A stretch of 64,000 bases of DNA from Minisyncoccota bacterium (GTDB lineage: Bacteria > Patescibacteriota > Minisyncoccia > Phycocordibacterales > UBA5272). Position numbers and translations under genes: made by a program. The notes below the pieces were generated by a model, which made no database searches, was not told where the DNA came from, and saw only the letters and a program-made list of their open reading frames with translations. The stretch spans positions 604 to 64,603 of the forward strand of contig JAGORG010000005.1 in NCBI GenBank assembly GCA_018062965.1, read 5' to 3'. Shown here one piece after another: positions 8,510 to 18,146 of this stretch (positions are counted from its first letter, which is position 1; each line of letters starts with the position of its first letter).

Positions 8510-9835
8510 CTACTTCAAATGCTTGATGTAATCTGAGAGTGCGTCGATTTTCACAGTGTCTTGTGAGTGTGTAGACATGTTACGTACGATAACAGTGTTA
8601 TCCATAGCTTCTTTTTGTCCGAAGATAATACAATATGGTACTTCCATTTTTTCAGCGATTGCAAGCTGGGCCGAAAGAGAGTCTTTGGCAACGGATTGGT
8701 GTACTGGGATACGTGCCTTGCGCAATACCTCCATAATGCAAAGACTTTTTAGTTTTGCTTCAAAGCCAAGCTGAATAAAGTACACCTTTGGTGGCTTCAT
8801 AATACGTGGAGCGAGTGTTCTGCATTCTGGGAACATCATGATACGTTCAAAGCCAAGCGCTGTACCAACAGCAGGGACGTCTTTCTTTGATCCCATCATG
8901 CGACCGAGATAGTCATAGCGACCACCACCTGTAACAGTGATTTCTTTTTCTTTACCGTTTTCATCCACGTCAACTTTGATAACTTCAAACACGGTACGAG
9001 AGTAGTAGTCGAGTCCTCGAACAAGTGAGTTGTTGATACGATACGGAATCGCCATTTCTTCTAGATACTGGAGCACTTCTTTGAAGTGTGAGCGAGCATC
9101 GTTTGAAAGGTATGCAAGAGATGATGGAGCGTTTTCTTTAAACGGCTGACACTGTTCTTGTTTACAATCCAAAAGGCGAAGCGGATTTGTCTTGATGCGT
9201 TCGTGGCAGTCCTTGCACAAGTTTTCTAAATGCTTTTTGTAGTAATTGGTGAGTTCTTTGATAAACGCAGGTCGGGTTTCCTTGTCTCCCATTGAGTTGA
9301 TATCGACAATCAAATCCTTGAAACCAAATTCTTCAAGAATAGTAGTGAGTGTGCGGATGACGAGTGCGTCCGCAATAGATTTTTGAGTTCCAAGAATTTC
9401 CAAGTTGAATTGTCTGAACTGACGCAAACGTCCACGCTGTGGGTTTTCATGTCGGTATACAGGTCCGTATGAATAGAGTAGTACAGGCTGAGGAAGGTTT
9501 TGCATCCCATGTTCAAGATATGCGCGCATAACAGACGCAGTGAATTCAGGGCGTACTGCAATACGCTCACTTCCTTTTGTTCGAAAGGTGTACATCTCTT
9601 TGTCGATAATATCCGTTCCTTCTCCGTGAGCTGTTGTAAAAACCTCTTCGCGTTCAAGTACTGGAGTGTCTAGTGGTTTGAATCCATAGTACACAGCAAT
9701 TTCTTGTGCTTTTTCAAAAAGCCCTTGATAGGCATAGTATGTTTCTTCAGAAAGGTCGTGCATACCCTTAAGAGAAATAGGGGCTTCCTTTTTTGCATCA
9801 GCTTTTCCTTCTTTTTTTATATCTTTTTCATTCAT
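8510..9835 (-). CDS. hisS: Histidine--tRNA ligase
   Basis: Class II aaRS motifs, including the HisRS-specific GGGRYDYLG and GFERIMM. A Cys4 insertion (CKDCHERIKTNPLRLLDCKQEQC) lies in the middle. Confidence 0.9.
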   Translation of the reverse strand: MNEKDIKKEGKADAKKEAPISLKGMHDLSEETYYAYQGLFEKAQEIAVYYGFKPLDTPVLEREEVFTTAHGEGTDIIDKEMYTFRTKGSERIAVRPEFTASVMRAYLEHGMQNLPQPVLLYSYGPVYRHENPQRGRLRQFRQFNLEILGTQKSIADALVIRTLTTILEEFGFKDLIVDINSMGDKETRPAFIKELTNYYKKHLENLCKDCHERIKTNPLRLLDCKQEQCQPFKENAPSSLAYLSNDARSHFKEVLQYLEEMAIPYRINNSLVRGLDYYSRTVFEVIKVDVDENGKEKEITVTGGGRYDYLGRMMGSKKDVPAVGTALGFERIMMFPECRTLAPRIMKPPKVYFIQLGFEAKLKSLCIMEVLRKARIPVHQSVAKDSLSAQLAIAEKMEVPYCIIFGQKEAMDNTVIVRNMSTHSQDTVKIDALSDYIKHLK

Positions 9836-9854
9836 ACAAGTTTGCTAGTGTGGA

Positions 9855-10592
9855 TTATTTTTCGTACTGATAACGACCCGGCTCAAGACCAAACATCGAA
9901 AAGGGGAGAACGCGCAGGAGTACCTGTCCGCGTATCGCATGGGCTTCAAGTGGTCCCCAATCTCGACTATCGTAACTTTGTGATCTGTTATCTCCCATCA
10001 TAAAGTAATGGTCTCCATCAAGTATCCTGTCCACGGTCTTGCTCGTGTCTTTGTAGGTAACATATGGCTCATCGAGGATAAATCCATCAGGACTCTCCGT
10101 ATTATAAATAGTAGTTACTCCGCCTTTGATAACGATACGTTCACCAGGAAGACCTATGACACGCTTGATGAGGTGTTTGCCTCCATAAGGGTTGCCAGAC
10201 TCTTCTAGTTTAAACACCATAACATCGCCACGCTTTGGTTCGCCGAGGCGATATGACAACTTGTCTACCAAAAGAAATTCTTGGTTGTGAAAGGTTGGTA
10301 GCATCGATCCACCATCAACGATGAACGGTTGAACGATAAATGTCTGAAGGATTTTGACAATAAGCATCACTGCGACAATCCATAGAAGAAGAGATGATGG
10401 ACGCTCGTCCTCTTCGAGGAATCGTGCGCGAACAAGTGTGTCTCTCCAGCTTGGGAATATCATTGCGAATCCAAGCGATATGATAAGCAGTGTGAGGATA
10501 GAAAAGATGGTGAGAGAAATTGGATTTTGACTGACTTCTAGAAGAGAATCAGCGAGTGCACCACCAATCGAGGAGAGCGTCGTATCGAACAT
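9855..10592 (-). CDS. lepB: Signal peptidase I
   Basis: Catalytic box GGSMLPTF (Ser), box E GDNRSQSYDSRDWG, and an N-terminal TM segment. The start is likely the internal ATG at 10592 (MFDTTLSS), 7 nt after a TATACT box. The longer ORF-track N-terminus overlaps pth. Confidence 0.85.
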   Translation of the reverse strand: MFDTTLSSIGGALADSLLEVSQNPISLTIFSILTLLIISLGFAMIFPSWRDTLVRARFLEEDERPSSLLLWIVAVMLIVKILQTFIVQPFIVDGGSMLPTFHNQEFLLVDKLSYRLGEPKRGDVMVFKLEESGNPYGGKHLIKRVIGLPGERIVIKGGVTTIYNTESPDGFILDEPYVTYKDTSKTVDRILDGDHYFMMGDNRSQSYDSRDWGPLEAHAIRGQVLLRVLPFSMFGLEPGRYQYEK

Positions 10593-10657
10593 GTGAGTCA
10601 GTATATAGATTTGAATCTGTGTCTGCAAATTTTGCGTTCGTTTGATACACTGTGTGC

Positions 10658-11188
10658 ATGATATACACGCTCGTACCTCTTGGTAATCCTGGAAATGACT
10701 ATGCTCGCACTCGTCACAATGCTGCACGTATTGTGCTTTCACATATAACAGATGAACTAGTATCTACTTCAAATCTTGAAATATTCGTACCCGAAACCTA
10801 CATGAATGAAAGTGGTCGTGCAGTTGCAGAATATCTTCGTTACCATGAAGGGCGTGAGCTTGTTGTTATGTATGACGACAAAGATTTACCTCTTGGTAGT
10901 TTGCGTATTTCTCATGATAGAGGTGACGGAGGGCATAATGGAGTTAAAAGTATTATTGAGGCTCTCGGTACGCGAGAGTTTACACGAATTCGTATTGGTA
11001 TTGCACCGATTGCGGTGGACGGTGAAACAGCTGTTGCTCCACATGGAGATATGGTGCAAGGGTTCGTTATGGGGAAGGCAACAGAAGATGAAATGACTGC
11101 GTATAAAGCTGTCTCTTCAAAAGTCTTACGAGCGCTTCGAGATATTTGTGAGCATGGATATCAAAAGGCAATGGAAAGGAATAACTAA
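10658..11188 (+). CDS. pth: Peptidyl-tRNA hydrolase
   Basis: LVPLGNPGNDYARTRHNAARIVL, the canonical Pth N-terminal motif, and HNG later in the sequence. The ATG is at 10658. Confidence 0.9.
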   Translation: MIYTLVPLGNPGNDYARTRHNAARIVLSHITDELVSTSNLEIFVPETYMNESGRAVAEYLRYHEGRELVVMYDDKDLPLGSLRISHDRGDGGHNGVKSIIEALGTREFTRIRIGIAPIAVDGETAVAPHGDMVQGFVMGKATEDEMTAYKAVSSKVLRALRDICEHGYQKAMERNN

Positions 11189-11239
11189 CTCAATAAAAAA
11201 GCACCATATCTCTACAGCTAGTGTTTTGATTGGTGCGTG

Positions 11240-11428
11240 TTACTTGTACGTTGCAAGGGCAAGCTCAGTTGCTTGCCTCAAGATAGATTCTTTCGGTAAA
11301 TGAAGCTGATCTTCAATAGCCTGCAGTTCGTTCACTGCATCTTGTGAAGGTTGTGTGCTTTCTGCGGTAAGCATCGCATACCGCAGAATGAGTTTTTTTC
11401 TTTCAGAATTCATGATTGTTTTGTTCAT
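11240..11428 (-). CDS. Small hypothetical protein (62 aa)
   Basis: ORF only, but a hairpin plus T-run terminator lies downstream at about 11198-11233. Confidence 0.3.
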   Translation of the reverse strand: MNKTIMNSERKKLILRYAMLTAESTQPSQDAVNELQAIEDQLHLPKESILRQATELALATYK

Positions 11429-11442
11429 AACTAACTCCTTTC

Positions 11443-11892
11443 TTATTTTATAGTAACATGTAATCTATAAAAAGTCAATAAAGCAAATGTTGCGTATCCA
11501 GCTCTACCGTTTTCAACAAGTGGTCGCATCCATTCGATGTCTTTACCTTTCTTGTTAAGCTCTCTTGACATAAGATTTATAGAATCCATAAGAGCATTAT
11601 GAAGGTGGTGCCTGCGTTCATCTGTTTGTGCCAAAAGTTCTGCGTCTTCTCGAGTGTCCTCACCTTGCTCTCTTTTTTTAGCTAGTGCAATCTGTTCAAG
11701 CATCATAGAATATACGTCGTGCGCGTACCTGTGTACATACGTTTTCATGCTTGTAAAACATGTTTCAAGAGTAGGGTCTCCCGAACAAAGCGCTTCAAGT
11801 TCGTGCGGTAGTATAGATGGTTGCAGTTCACCATACCCAGAAGTTTCTAGCTTAGACACAAGACTGTTTGTTGTTTCAAGTTCGTGATGCAT
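11443..11892 (-). CDS. Hypothetical protein (about 149 aa from the internal ATG)
   Basis: ORF between pth and rpsA. I recognised no motif. Confidence 0.4.
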   Translation of the reverse strand: MHHELETTNSLVSKLETSGYGELQPSILPHELEALCSGDPTLETCFTSMKTYVHRYAHDVYSMMLEQIALAKKREQGEDTREDAELLAQTDERRHHLHNALMDSINLMSRELNKKGKDIEWMRPLVENGRAGYATFALLTFYRLHVTIK

Positions 11893-11960
11893 ATATATAA
11901 GTGTACACAAAAAACAAAAAAACACAGAAAGTTCTGTGTTTTTTGTTTTTGCTTAGGTCC

Positions 11961-13013
11961 TTACTTCACGTATGACAATGTCATGCGTTCTTCGTTTGCA
12001 TCAAAGAGAGTGATTGTAAACTTGTAGCTCTTTCCGAGTGAAAGCGCTTCGCGAAGTTTGCCTTCATCTCCGAAATCAGAAACATGCACAAGTCCAGCAA
12101 CACCTTCTTCTACAGAAACAAGAGCTCCGTGCTTGTTGAATTTGATAACAACACCTTCAACTTCGTCACCCTTCTTGTATTTCTGAGCGGCTTCCTTCCA
12201 TGGATTTTCCTTAAGAGCCTTAAGAGAAAGTGAAATCTTTCCGTCTTTTACTTCGATAATCTTAGCGCGAACTTTGTCTCCGACACGAGCGTGAGTCTTT
12301 GTGTCTTCAACGAGTCCCCAGTCGATTTCTGACTTGTGAACGAGTCCTTCGACACCGTCATCAAGTTTAACGAAGATACCGAACTCAACAACACCAGTTA
12401 CAGTACCGTTTACTTCGTCCCCAAGGGTGTAGTTACCAGAAACAATTTCCTTTGCTTCCTTTGTTCCACCATCTTTTTCAGAAAAGATAAGCTTACCTTC
12501 CTTTGGAATTGCATTGATGATTGAAACAGAAATACGCTTTCCGATCAATTTCTTCAATTCACGAAGGATCTTGTCCTTGTCTCCGTCTTCAACGCGAGGA
12601 TAGTTTTCTTCCTTAAGCTGTGAGGCTGGAAGGAATCCAGTGATACCTTGCCACTCCATAATAAGTCCACCTTTGTTTGCGTCCTTGACCACGAGGTCCA
12701 TGATACGCTTTTCTTTGATAGCAACTTCTGCATCGCTCCACATGAGGGCCTGACGAGCTTCCTTAAGAGAGAGTTCGATGTAACCTTCTTTGTTTTCGCG
12801 AACGATTACCTTTGCAGAAATCATGTCTCCGATGTTGATACGCTTGATCACATCGCGTGCATTCATGAATTCAGCACCATAAATAATACCTGTACCAGAA
12901 AGACCGAGGTCTACATACAGCGCCGCCTTTTCAATGGCTGCAACTGTACCTTCAACGATATCGTCCATACGGATGATTGTTGTTTCTTCTGTTGTTGTTT
13001 CGTTTGTTGTCAT
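11961..13013 (-). CDS. rpsA: 30S ribosomal protein S1 (short form, about 4 S1 domains)
   Basis: Repeated S1/OB motifs (GTVTGVVEFGIFVKLDDGVEGLVHKSEI; GDKVRAKIIEVKDGKISLSLK; GDMISAKVIVRENKEGYIELSLK). A terminator hairpin plus U-tract lies downstream at 11921-11950. Confidence 0.85.
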   Translation of the reverse strand: MTTNETTTEETTIIRMDDIVEGTVAAIEKAALYVDLGLSGTGIIYGAEFMNARDVIKRINIGDMISAKVIVRENKEGYIELSLKEARQALMWSDAEVAIKEKRIMDLVVKDANKGGLIMEWQGITGFLPASQLKEENYPRVEDGDKDKILRELKKLIGKRISVSIINAIPKEGKLIFSEKDGGTKEAKEIVSGNYTLGDEVNGTVTGVVEFGIFVKLDDGVEGLVHKSEIDWGLVEDTKTHARVGDKVRAKIIEVKDGKISLSLKALKENPWKEAAQKYKKGDEVEGVVIKFNKHGALVSVEEGVAGLVHVSDFGDEGKLREALSLGKSYKFTITLFDANEERMTLSYVK

Positions 13014-13149
13014 GAAAAAAAATAAATTCCCACACGAAAGGTGGGATTCACACCTTCGGTCTGTGCTCCGTCTATCGTTTGCTACGCATATACGGGGATT
13101 ACGCCAGAACGCTATCTATTAATGTAGATGGGTACAATACTACAACATA

Positions 13150-13200
13150 TCCGCCAAAAAGACAAATAAAAAGCCGCAGAGCACGAATGCTGCTGCGGCT
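13150..13200 (-). terminator. Rho-independent terminator for the GC-rich two-gene operon
   Basis: On the minus strand the hairpin AGCCGCAG...CTGCGGCT is followed by TTTTTATTTGTCTTTTT. Confidence 0.55.
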
Positions 13201-13223
13201 GGATGTGTCACCAACCTTGCTGG

Positions 13224-13592
13224 TTAGACAACGATTGGTGACGTTAGGGTTTTCATGCGGTAGTAGACGTATACCTTGTACCCCATCAGTTCGGTGGCAT
13301 GGTCGTGCAAAACAAACTGAACCCTATAGGTTTGGCTTTCCTTGGTGAGAAGGTTTGGAATCTTTCGTTCCAGTTCGTCCTTCTTAAGGAATGTCTTGAA
13401 GCCTTGTTTTATGGAGATACCTGTACCCGTTTTGATGCGGATGCCGTTGGTTGCGTTTTCGTTTGGCTCGCGAGTGCTAGAGCAGCGCGCGAACCAGCCA
13501 GCGACTTCCTCACCGTGAGCATGGAAGACCTCAAAGAGGATTCCATCCTCAACGAATGTACGCTCGAGGTTTCTGTAGTCATTCAGGTTCAT
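13224..13592 (-). CDS. Hypothetical protein (122 aa) in GC-rich island 1. The Shine-Dalgarno site GGAG lies upstream.
   Basis: The ORF starts 17 nt after the upstream ORF stop, its codon usage is GC-rich and unlike the host, and a terminator follows. I found no recognisable motif (HAHGEE is the only notable patch). Confidence 0.5.
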   Translation of the reverse strand: MNLNDYRNLERTFVEDGILFEVFHAHGEEVAGWFARCSSTREPNENATNGIRIKTGTGISIKQGFKTFLKKDELERKIPNLLTKESQTYRVQFVLHDHATELMGYKVYVYYRMKTLTSPIVV

Positions 13593-13609
13593 GTCCTTGC
13601 TCCTTGTTG

Positions 13610-14011
13610 TTAAACCGGAACGCTAACCGTGACCCGGACCGGAACCTTAATCGAGCAGTAGACCTGCTCGGTGAGGATCCCTGTTTCCAGCTCTCCAGGG
13701 TTATGGAAGGCGCGAATCTCAAAGATGCCTTCTTCTCCGCCGGTTGCAGCGGTGATTTTCTCACTAGGAATCTCAAGGGTGAGAATCTCGACGCTGGGAT
13801 CCTTATCGGATATTCCGACAACCGAGTGAGCTGGAGGTGACTGCCAGTTCTTGGGTTTCCCATTCGCGCCGACGAAGGCAAGAATAATGGGCAGCCCAGG
13901 GACCAGTTGCATGAGGGTACCAATGCGAGTCGTCTTGGTTTTAACGTTAACCACGGAAACGGTTGCTCCGTGAAGTTTTTGAGCAATTTGAAATGTCTTT
14001 GCGGTAGCCAT
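13610..14011 (-). CDS. Hypothetical protein (133 aa) in GC-rich island 1
   Basis: A canonical Shine-Dalgarno site (ttgaaAGGAGtgcatcATG) and GC-rich codons. I found no recognisable motif. Confidence 0.5.
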   Translation of the reverse strand: MATAKTFQIAQKLHGATVSVVNVKTKTTRIGTLMQLVPGLPIILAFVGANGKPKNWQSPPAHSVVGISDKDPSVEILTLEIPSEKITAATGGEEGIFEIRAFHNPGELETGILTEQVYCSIKVPVRVTVSVPV

Positions 14012-14202
14012 GATGCACTCCTTTCAATGGTGTGCGTGAACTATATTTCTAAGTAAGTATGGCAACCCCCTTAGAAACAACCCTGAGCAGTGCCAGAAAA
14101 AAAACTTTTTCTAAGCGCCGTCAGTAGCGTATATAATATAACATATTAATAAGTAAATGTCAATGTTCTCTTATTTTTCAGTTCAAGATATTTAGGATAT
14201 TA

Positions 14203-14232
14203 AAATAAAAAGCCCGCATCTTTCGATGCGGG
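14203..14232 (-). terminator. Rho-independent terminator after the 60-aa gene
   Basis: On the minus strand: CCCGCATC-gaaa-GATGCGGG followed by CTTTTTATTTT. Confidence 0.7.
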
Positions 14233-14249
14233 AGATGTGATGGGGTTGG

Positions 14250-14432
14250 TCAGCCTTTGCGGCCGGTACCCATCTTGATGGTGCGGGCCGAGCAAACAAA
14301 ATTACTCGGAGTGTTTGTGCGGGGGATTCCCACACTCAGCGGCTTCAGTCCGGGTCTGGCAGATGCCGGGGGCGGGCTGTAGTCCCGCATTTCGACTTCG
14401 CCATTGGCTTTCTTGAAAGTGACCTTGCACAT
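14250..14432 (-). CDS. Small protein (60 aa) of unknown function, apparently set up for high expression
   Basis: MCKVTFKKANGEVEMRDYSPPPASARPGLKPLSVGIPRTNTPSNFVCSARTIKMGTGRKG. The Shine-Dalgarno site GAGGAG sits 7 nt before the ATG at 14432. A consensus promoter (TTGACA-16-TATACT) lies upstream and a clean terminator lies downstream. Confidence 0.5.
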   Translation of the reverse strand: MCKVTFKKANGEVEMRDYSPPPASARPGLKPLSVGIPRTNTPSNFVCSARTIKMGTGRKG

Positions 14433-14494
14433 GTCTTTGCTCCTCAAAGTGTGCTTTTTCTATGCAGCTGACCACCAGCTACATTTCTCTCTAC

Positions 14495-14522
14495 AGTATA
14501 CATACTTTTACATATTTGTCAA
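14495..14522 (-). promoter_or_regulatory. Consensus sigma70-type promoter (TTGACA -35, 16-nt spacer, TATACT -10) driving the 60-aa gene
   Basis: On the + strand the sequence reads AGTATA (14495-14500) ... TGTCAA (14517-14522), so on the minus strand it reads TTGACA-16-TATACT. Confidence 0.6.
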
Positions 14523-14563
14523 GTGTTCCTAAAAAAGCGAGTAGCTGATACACTTTTGTAACT

Positions 14564-15199
14564 ATGATTATTACTCACTACGGACGACAGCATTTCAAAC
14601 TTCAGGTTGGAGATACAACTTTTGCTATCAATCCAGTTTCAAAAGAGGGGCGAGGAAAAACTGCAAAATATGGTGCAGATGTGTGTTTGGTTACTACAAA
14701 TCACCCAGACTATAACGGTATCGAGCAGGTGACACATGGAGAAAAAGTACCGTTTGTGATTTCTGGTGCAGGGGAATACGAAGTTGCAGGTATTTTTATC
14801 AAAGGGTTTGCAACAGAAGTAGAACTCAAAGAAGGAAAGACAGAAAAAACCTATCAAAACACAAGTTACTGTTTTACCTTTGACGGTATCCGTGTGACGT
14901 TTTTGGGTGCTCTTGGTAAGAAGCTTGAACCACATCACAAAGAAGTTATAGATGAAACAGACGTGTTGTTTGTTCCGGTTGGAGATGATTCATTTTTGCT
15001 TAACCCATACGATGCAGAAAAGTTGTCTGTTTCTCTTGAGCCAAAACTTGTTATTCCAATGGATTATGATGAACAATCGCTTCCTATTTTCCTCAAGGAA
15101 GCAGGTGCTGAAAAAGTGGAACCAGTTGAAAAGCTCACCATCAAAAAGAAAGACATAGAAGGCAAGAACGCTGAAGTGGTACTGTTCCACGAGATGTAA
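14564..15199 (+). CDS. Metallo-beta-lactamase-fold hydrolase (UPF0173/UlaG-like)
   Basis: The N-terminus MIITHYGRQHFKLQVGDTTFAINP matches the MBL-fold 'MKITWLGHACF.I..G..IL.DP' pattern, and the protein is about 210 aa. Confidence 0.6.
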   Translation: MIITHYGRQHFKLQVGDTTFAINPVSKEGRGKTAKYGADVCLVTTNHPDYNGIEQVTHGEKVPFVISGAGEYEVAGIFIKGFATEVELKEGKTEKTYQNTSYCFTFDGIRVTFLGALGKKLEPHHKEVIDETDVLFVPVGDDSFLLNPYDAEKLSVSLEPKLVIPMDYDEQSLPIFLKEAGAEKVEPVEKLTIKKKDIEGKNAEVVLFHEM

Positions 15200-15253
15200 T
15201 CATAGAGAGTACAACCAACCAGATAAGGTTGGTTTCTTTGTTATACTTGAACT

Positions 15254-15604
15254 ATGAAACTTTCTTGGGCAGGATATGTGCGATATTTACGGAGACAGTC
15301 AGTGCATGTTCAGCATATGCATGGACTTGTCTTTGCTGGTGTCATAACAGGTGTATTGGTGAGCTTTGTACTGTATACCCAGTACGGGTTTTTTCATGAA
15401 CAGTACACACGCGAAGAAACATCTCTTGTAGCTGCTACATCCACCATGCCCCAGTCTCCAACCGGAGTGCTCGAAAGCTTTATTATGGAAGGAAGTGCGC
15501 GTTTGCGGGCTGTATTTACGAGCACGTCAGCTCCTTTTGTTGACGATACGAATATGGACTACATACGCACAGAACAGGGTCCTGCATCATCCACAAAACC
15601 ATAG
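15254..15604 (+). CDS. Small single-TM membrane protein of unknown function
   Basis: TM segment LVFAGVITGVLVSFVLY. A TATACT box lies 6 nt before the ATG. Confidence 0.4.
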   Translation: MKLSWAGYVRYLRRQSVHVQHMHGLVFAGVITGVLVSFVLYTQYGFFHEQYTREETSLVAATSTMPQSPTGVLESFIMEGSARLRAVFTSTSAPFVDDTNMDYIRTEQGPASSTKP

Positions 15605-15656
15605 TATTCTAGAGCTGTTTATGGTATACTAAGAAGACTATTTTCATCTATATTGT

Positions 15657-18143
15657 ATGGCAAAAAAGAAAGTAATTGAGAGCGGAAACGAAGGAGAAGA
15701 GGCAGTTCCAGTAGCTGTACGAACAGGTGTTCAGGCAGTAAATATTTCAGAAGAAATGCGTACTGCGTACTTGGATTACGCGATGTCGGTGATCACGGCA
15801 CGTGCTCTTCCTGATGCTCGAGATGGACTGAAACCAGTGCATCGCCGTATTTTGTACTCGATGAATAACATGGGGCTAACTCCTGGGGCAAAGTTCCGCA
15901 AGTCTGCGACAATCGTGGGAGACGTACTTGGTAACTATCACCCACATGGAGATGCTTCTGTATATGACGCGATGGTGAAATCTGCTCAAGACTTTTCGTA
16001 TCGTTATCCGCTTGTGATGGGACAAGGAAACTTTGGTTCAATTGACGGTGATGGCGCAGCTGCGTACCGTTATACCGAAGCCAAGATGTCAAAAGTCTCA
16101 ATGGAGATGATGCGTGATATTGAAAAAGATACCGTTGAAATGGTTCCTAACTATGATGGAACAAAAAAGGAACCTCGCGTGCTTCCTACTGCTGTGCCTA
16201 ATCTTCTTTTAAACGGTACGCTTGGTATTGCGGTTGGTATGGCGACAAATATCCCTCCACATAACCTAAGTGAAGTGGTGGATGCGACAACGCACCTGAT
16301 CGACAACCCTCAAGCAACAAACGAAGACCTCTGTGAATACATCAAGGGACCTGACTTTCCAGTTGGAGGTATTGCGTTTGGTCAGTCTGATATCCGCGCG
16401 GCATATGCAACAGGTCGCGGTGGTGTGGTTGTGCGAGGTGAGGCAGAAATTTTTGAAACAAAAAACGGACAATTCCAAATCATCATCACGTCACTTCCGT
16501 TTCGTGTTGTGAAAAGTAATCTCATTGAAGGTATCGCTGACCTTGTGCGTGAAAAAAAGATTGAAGGTATCAAAGGGCTTCGTGATGAATCAACAAAAGA
16601 CATACGCGTTGTTATCGATCTCAAGTCTGGTGCACAGCCACAAAAAGTTTTGAACTATTTGTATAAACATACAGAATTAGAATCTACATTTCACTACAAC
16701 CTGGTTGCGCTCATTGATGGTATTCCACAAACACTCTCACTCAAGGTTGCACTCGATGCATTTATCGGTCACCGAAGAGAAGTGGTGCGTCGTCGAACAG
16801 AGTTTGATCTTCGTCGTGCACTTGAACGTGAACATATCTTGCTTGGGCTCAAGAAAGCGCTCGACCATATTGATGAGATTATTCAGACGATCAAGAAATC
16901 AAAAGATACACCGGATGCTCACGTACAACTGGTAAAGAAATTTAAGTTCTCAGATATCCAAGCAACTGCGATTCTTGAAATGAAGCTTCAGCGTCTCGCT
17001 GGACTAGAACGTAAGAAGATTGAAGATGACTTGAAAGCAGTACAAGCGCTCATCGCAGAATTGAAAGCAATTCTCGCTTCAGAAAAGAAAATGCTTTCGA
17101 TTATCAAGCAAGAGATGCAGGATATCAAAGACAAATACGGTGACGAACGTCGTACAAAGATTGTTAAACATAAAGCAAAAGAGTTTAACCCAGAAGATTT
17201 GATTGCAGATCAAGAACAGGTACTCGTGTACACATCAGGTGGATACGTAAAGCGTACTGATCCTGCAGAATTCCGCACACAAAAGCGCGGCGGGGTAGGA
17301 GTGGTAGACATGAACACAAAAGAAGAAGACTTTGTGACGATGTCTCTCACAACATCAACACATAGTGACCTTCTGTTCTTTACAGATAAAGGAAAGGCGT
17401 ATCAGATCAAGATGTATGATCTTCCAGAAGGAAAGCGTGCGACACGTGGAAAATCAATCATGAACTTTTTGCAGTTGGTAGATGGTGAAAAGGTGACGTC
17501 GATCCTTCCTATGTCAAAAGATGTGAAAGCACTTGTCGGTCAGTCACTTATGATGATTACAAAACAAGGAACAGTAAAGAAGTCATCTGCTGAGAGTTTC
17601 AAAGATGTACGTCGCAATGGTCTCATCGCTATCCGTCTTGAAGATGGAGATGAGCTTCTCGCTGCGCTCTTTGTAACAGGTGAAGACAATGTAATGCTCA
17701 CAACTCAAAATGGACAATCAATCCGCTTCAACCATACTGATGTTCGCGAAATGGGGCGTACCGCAGCTGGTGTTATCGGTATGAAGCTCGACAAAGATGA
17801 CCACATCGTAGCAGCAGATAAGATTCCACAGGGTGTGAAGGGCGCAGAACTTCTCGTGGTTACTGCAAATGGATATGGAAAGAAAACAAAACTTTCTGAG
17901 TACAAGACACAAAAGCGTGGAGGTTCTGGTATCAAGACAGTGAAGGTAACAACAAAGACAGGACCACTCATGGTTGCTCGTGTGGTTACCGCAGAAAACG
18001 AAGAGTTGCTCGCTGTATCAAAAGATTCGCAAGTGATTCGTACAGAAGTATCATCTATTCCAACACTTGGACGCGATACTCAAGGTGTGCGAGTTATGAA
18101 ATTGCGTGAAGGGGATTCGGTTGCGACATTTAACCTCCTCTAA
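15657..18143 (+). CDS. gyrA: DNA gyrase subunit A
   Basis: [28 protein letters not shown] (active-site Tyr region), GyrA-box-like repeats in the C-terminus, 828 aa. Confidence 0.95.
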   Translation: MAKKKVIESGNEGEEAVPVAVRTGVQAVNISEEMRTAYLDYAMSVITARALPDARDGLKPVHRRILYSMNNMGLTPGAKFRKSATIVGDVLGNYHPHGDASVYDAMVKSAQDFSYRYPLVMGQGNFGSIDGDGAAAYRYTEAKMSKVSMEMMRDIEKDTVEMVPNYDGTKKEPRVLPTAVPNLLLNGTLGIAVGMATNIPPHNLSEVVDATTHLIDNPQATNEDLCEYIKGPDFPVGGIAFGQSDIRAAYATGRGGVVVRGEAEIFETKNGQFQIIITSLPFRVVKSNLIEGIADLVREKKIEGIKGLRDESTKDIRVVIDLKSGAQPQKVLNYLYKHTELESTFHYNLVALIDGIPQTLSLKVALDAFIGHRREVVRRRTEFDLRRALEREHILLGLKKALDHIDEIIQTIKKSKDTPDAHVQLVKKFKFSDIQATAILEMKLQRLAGLERKKIEDDLKAVQALIAELKAILASEKKMLSIIKQEMQDIKDKYGDERRTKIVKHKAKEFNPEDLIADQEQVLVYTSGGYVKRTDPAEFRTQKRGGVGVVDMNTKEEDFVTMSLTTSTHSDLLFFTDKGKAYQIKMYDLPEGKRATRGKSIMNFLQLVDGEKVTSILPMSKDVKALVGQSLMMITKQGTVKKSSAESFKDVRRNGLIAIRLEDGDELLAALFVTGEDNVMLTTQNGQSIRFNHTDVREMGRTAAGVIGMKLDKDDHIVAADKIPQGVKGAELLVVTANGYGKKTKLSEYKTQKRGGSGIKTVKVTTKTGPLMVARVVTAENEELLAVSKDSQVIRTEVSSIPTLGRDTQGVRVMKLREGDSVATFNLL

Positions 18144-18146
18144 TAC

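Noticed and set aside
13299-13840. Plus-strand ORFs (104 aa, 94 aa) across GC island 1
   Set aside because: The minus-strand ORFs have Shine-Dalgarno sites at the right spacing, a tight operon arrangement and a minus-strand terminator. The plus-strand ORFs have none of these. Some ambiguity remains, because high GC inflates ORF length on both strands.
14060-14090. TGGCAC...AGGG as a possible sigma54 promoter upstream of island 1 ORF A
   Set aside because: The -12 element does not match TTGC and the spacing is off.
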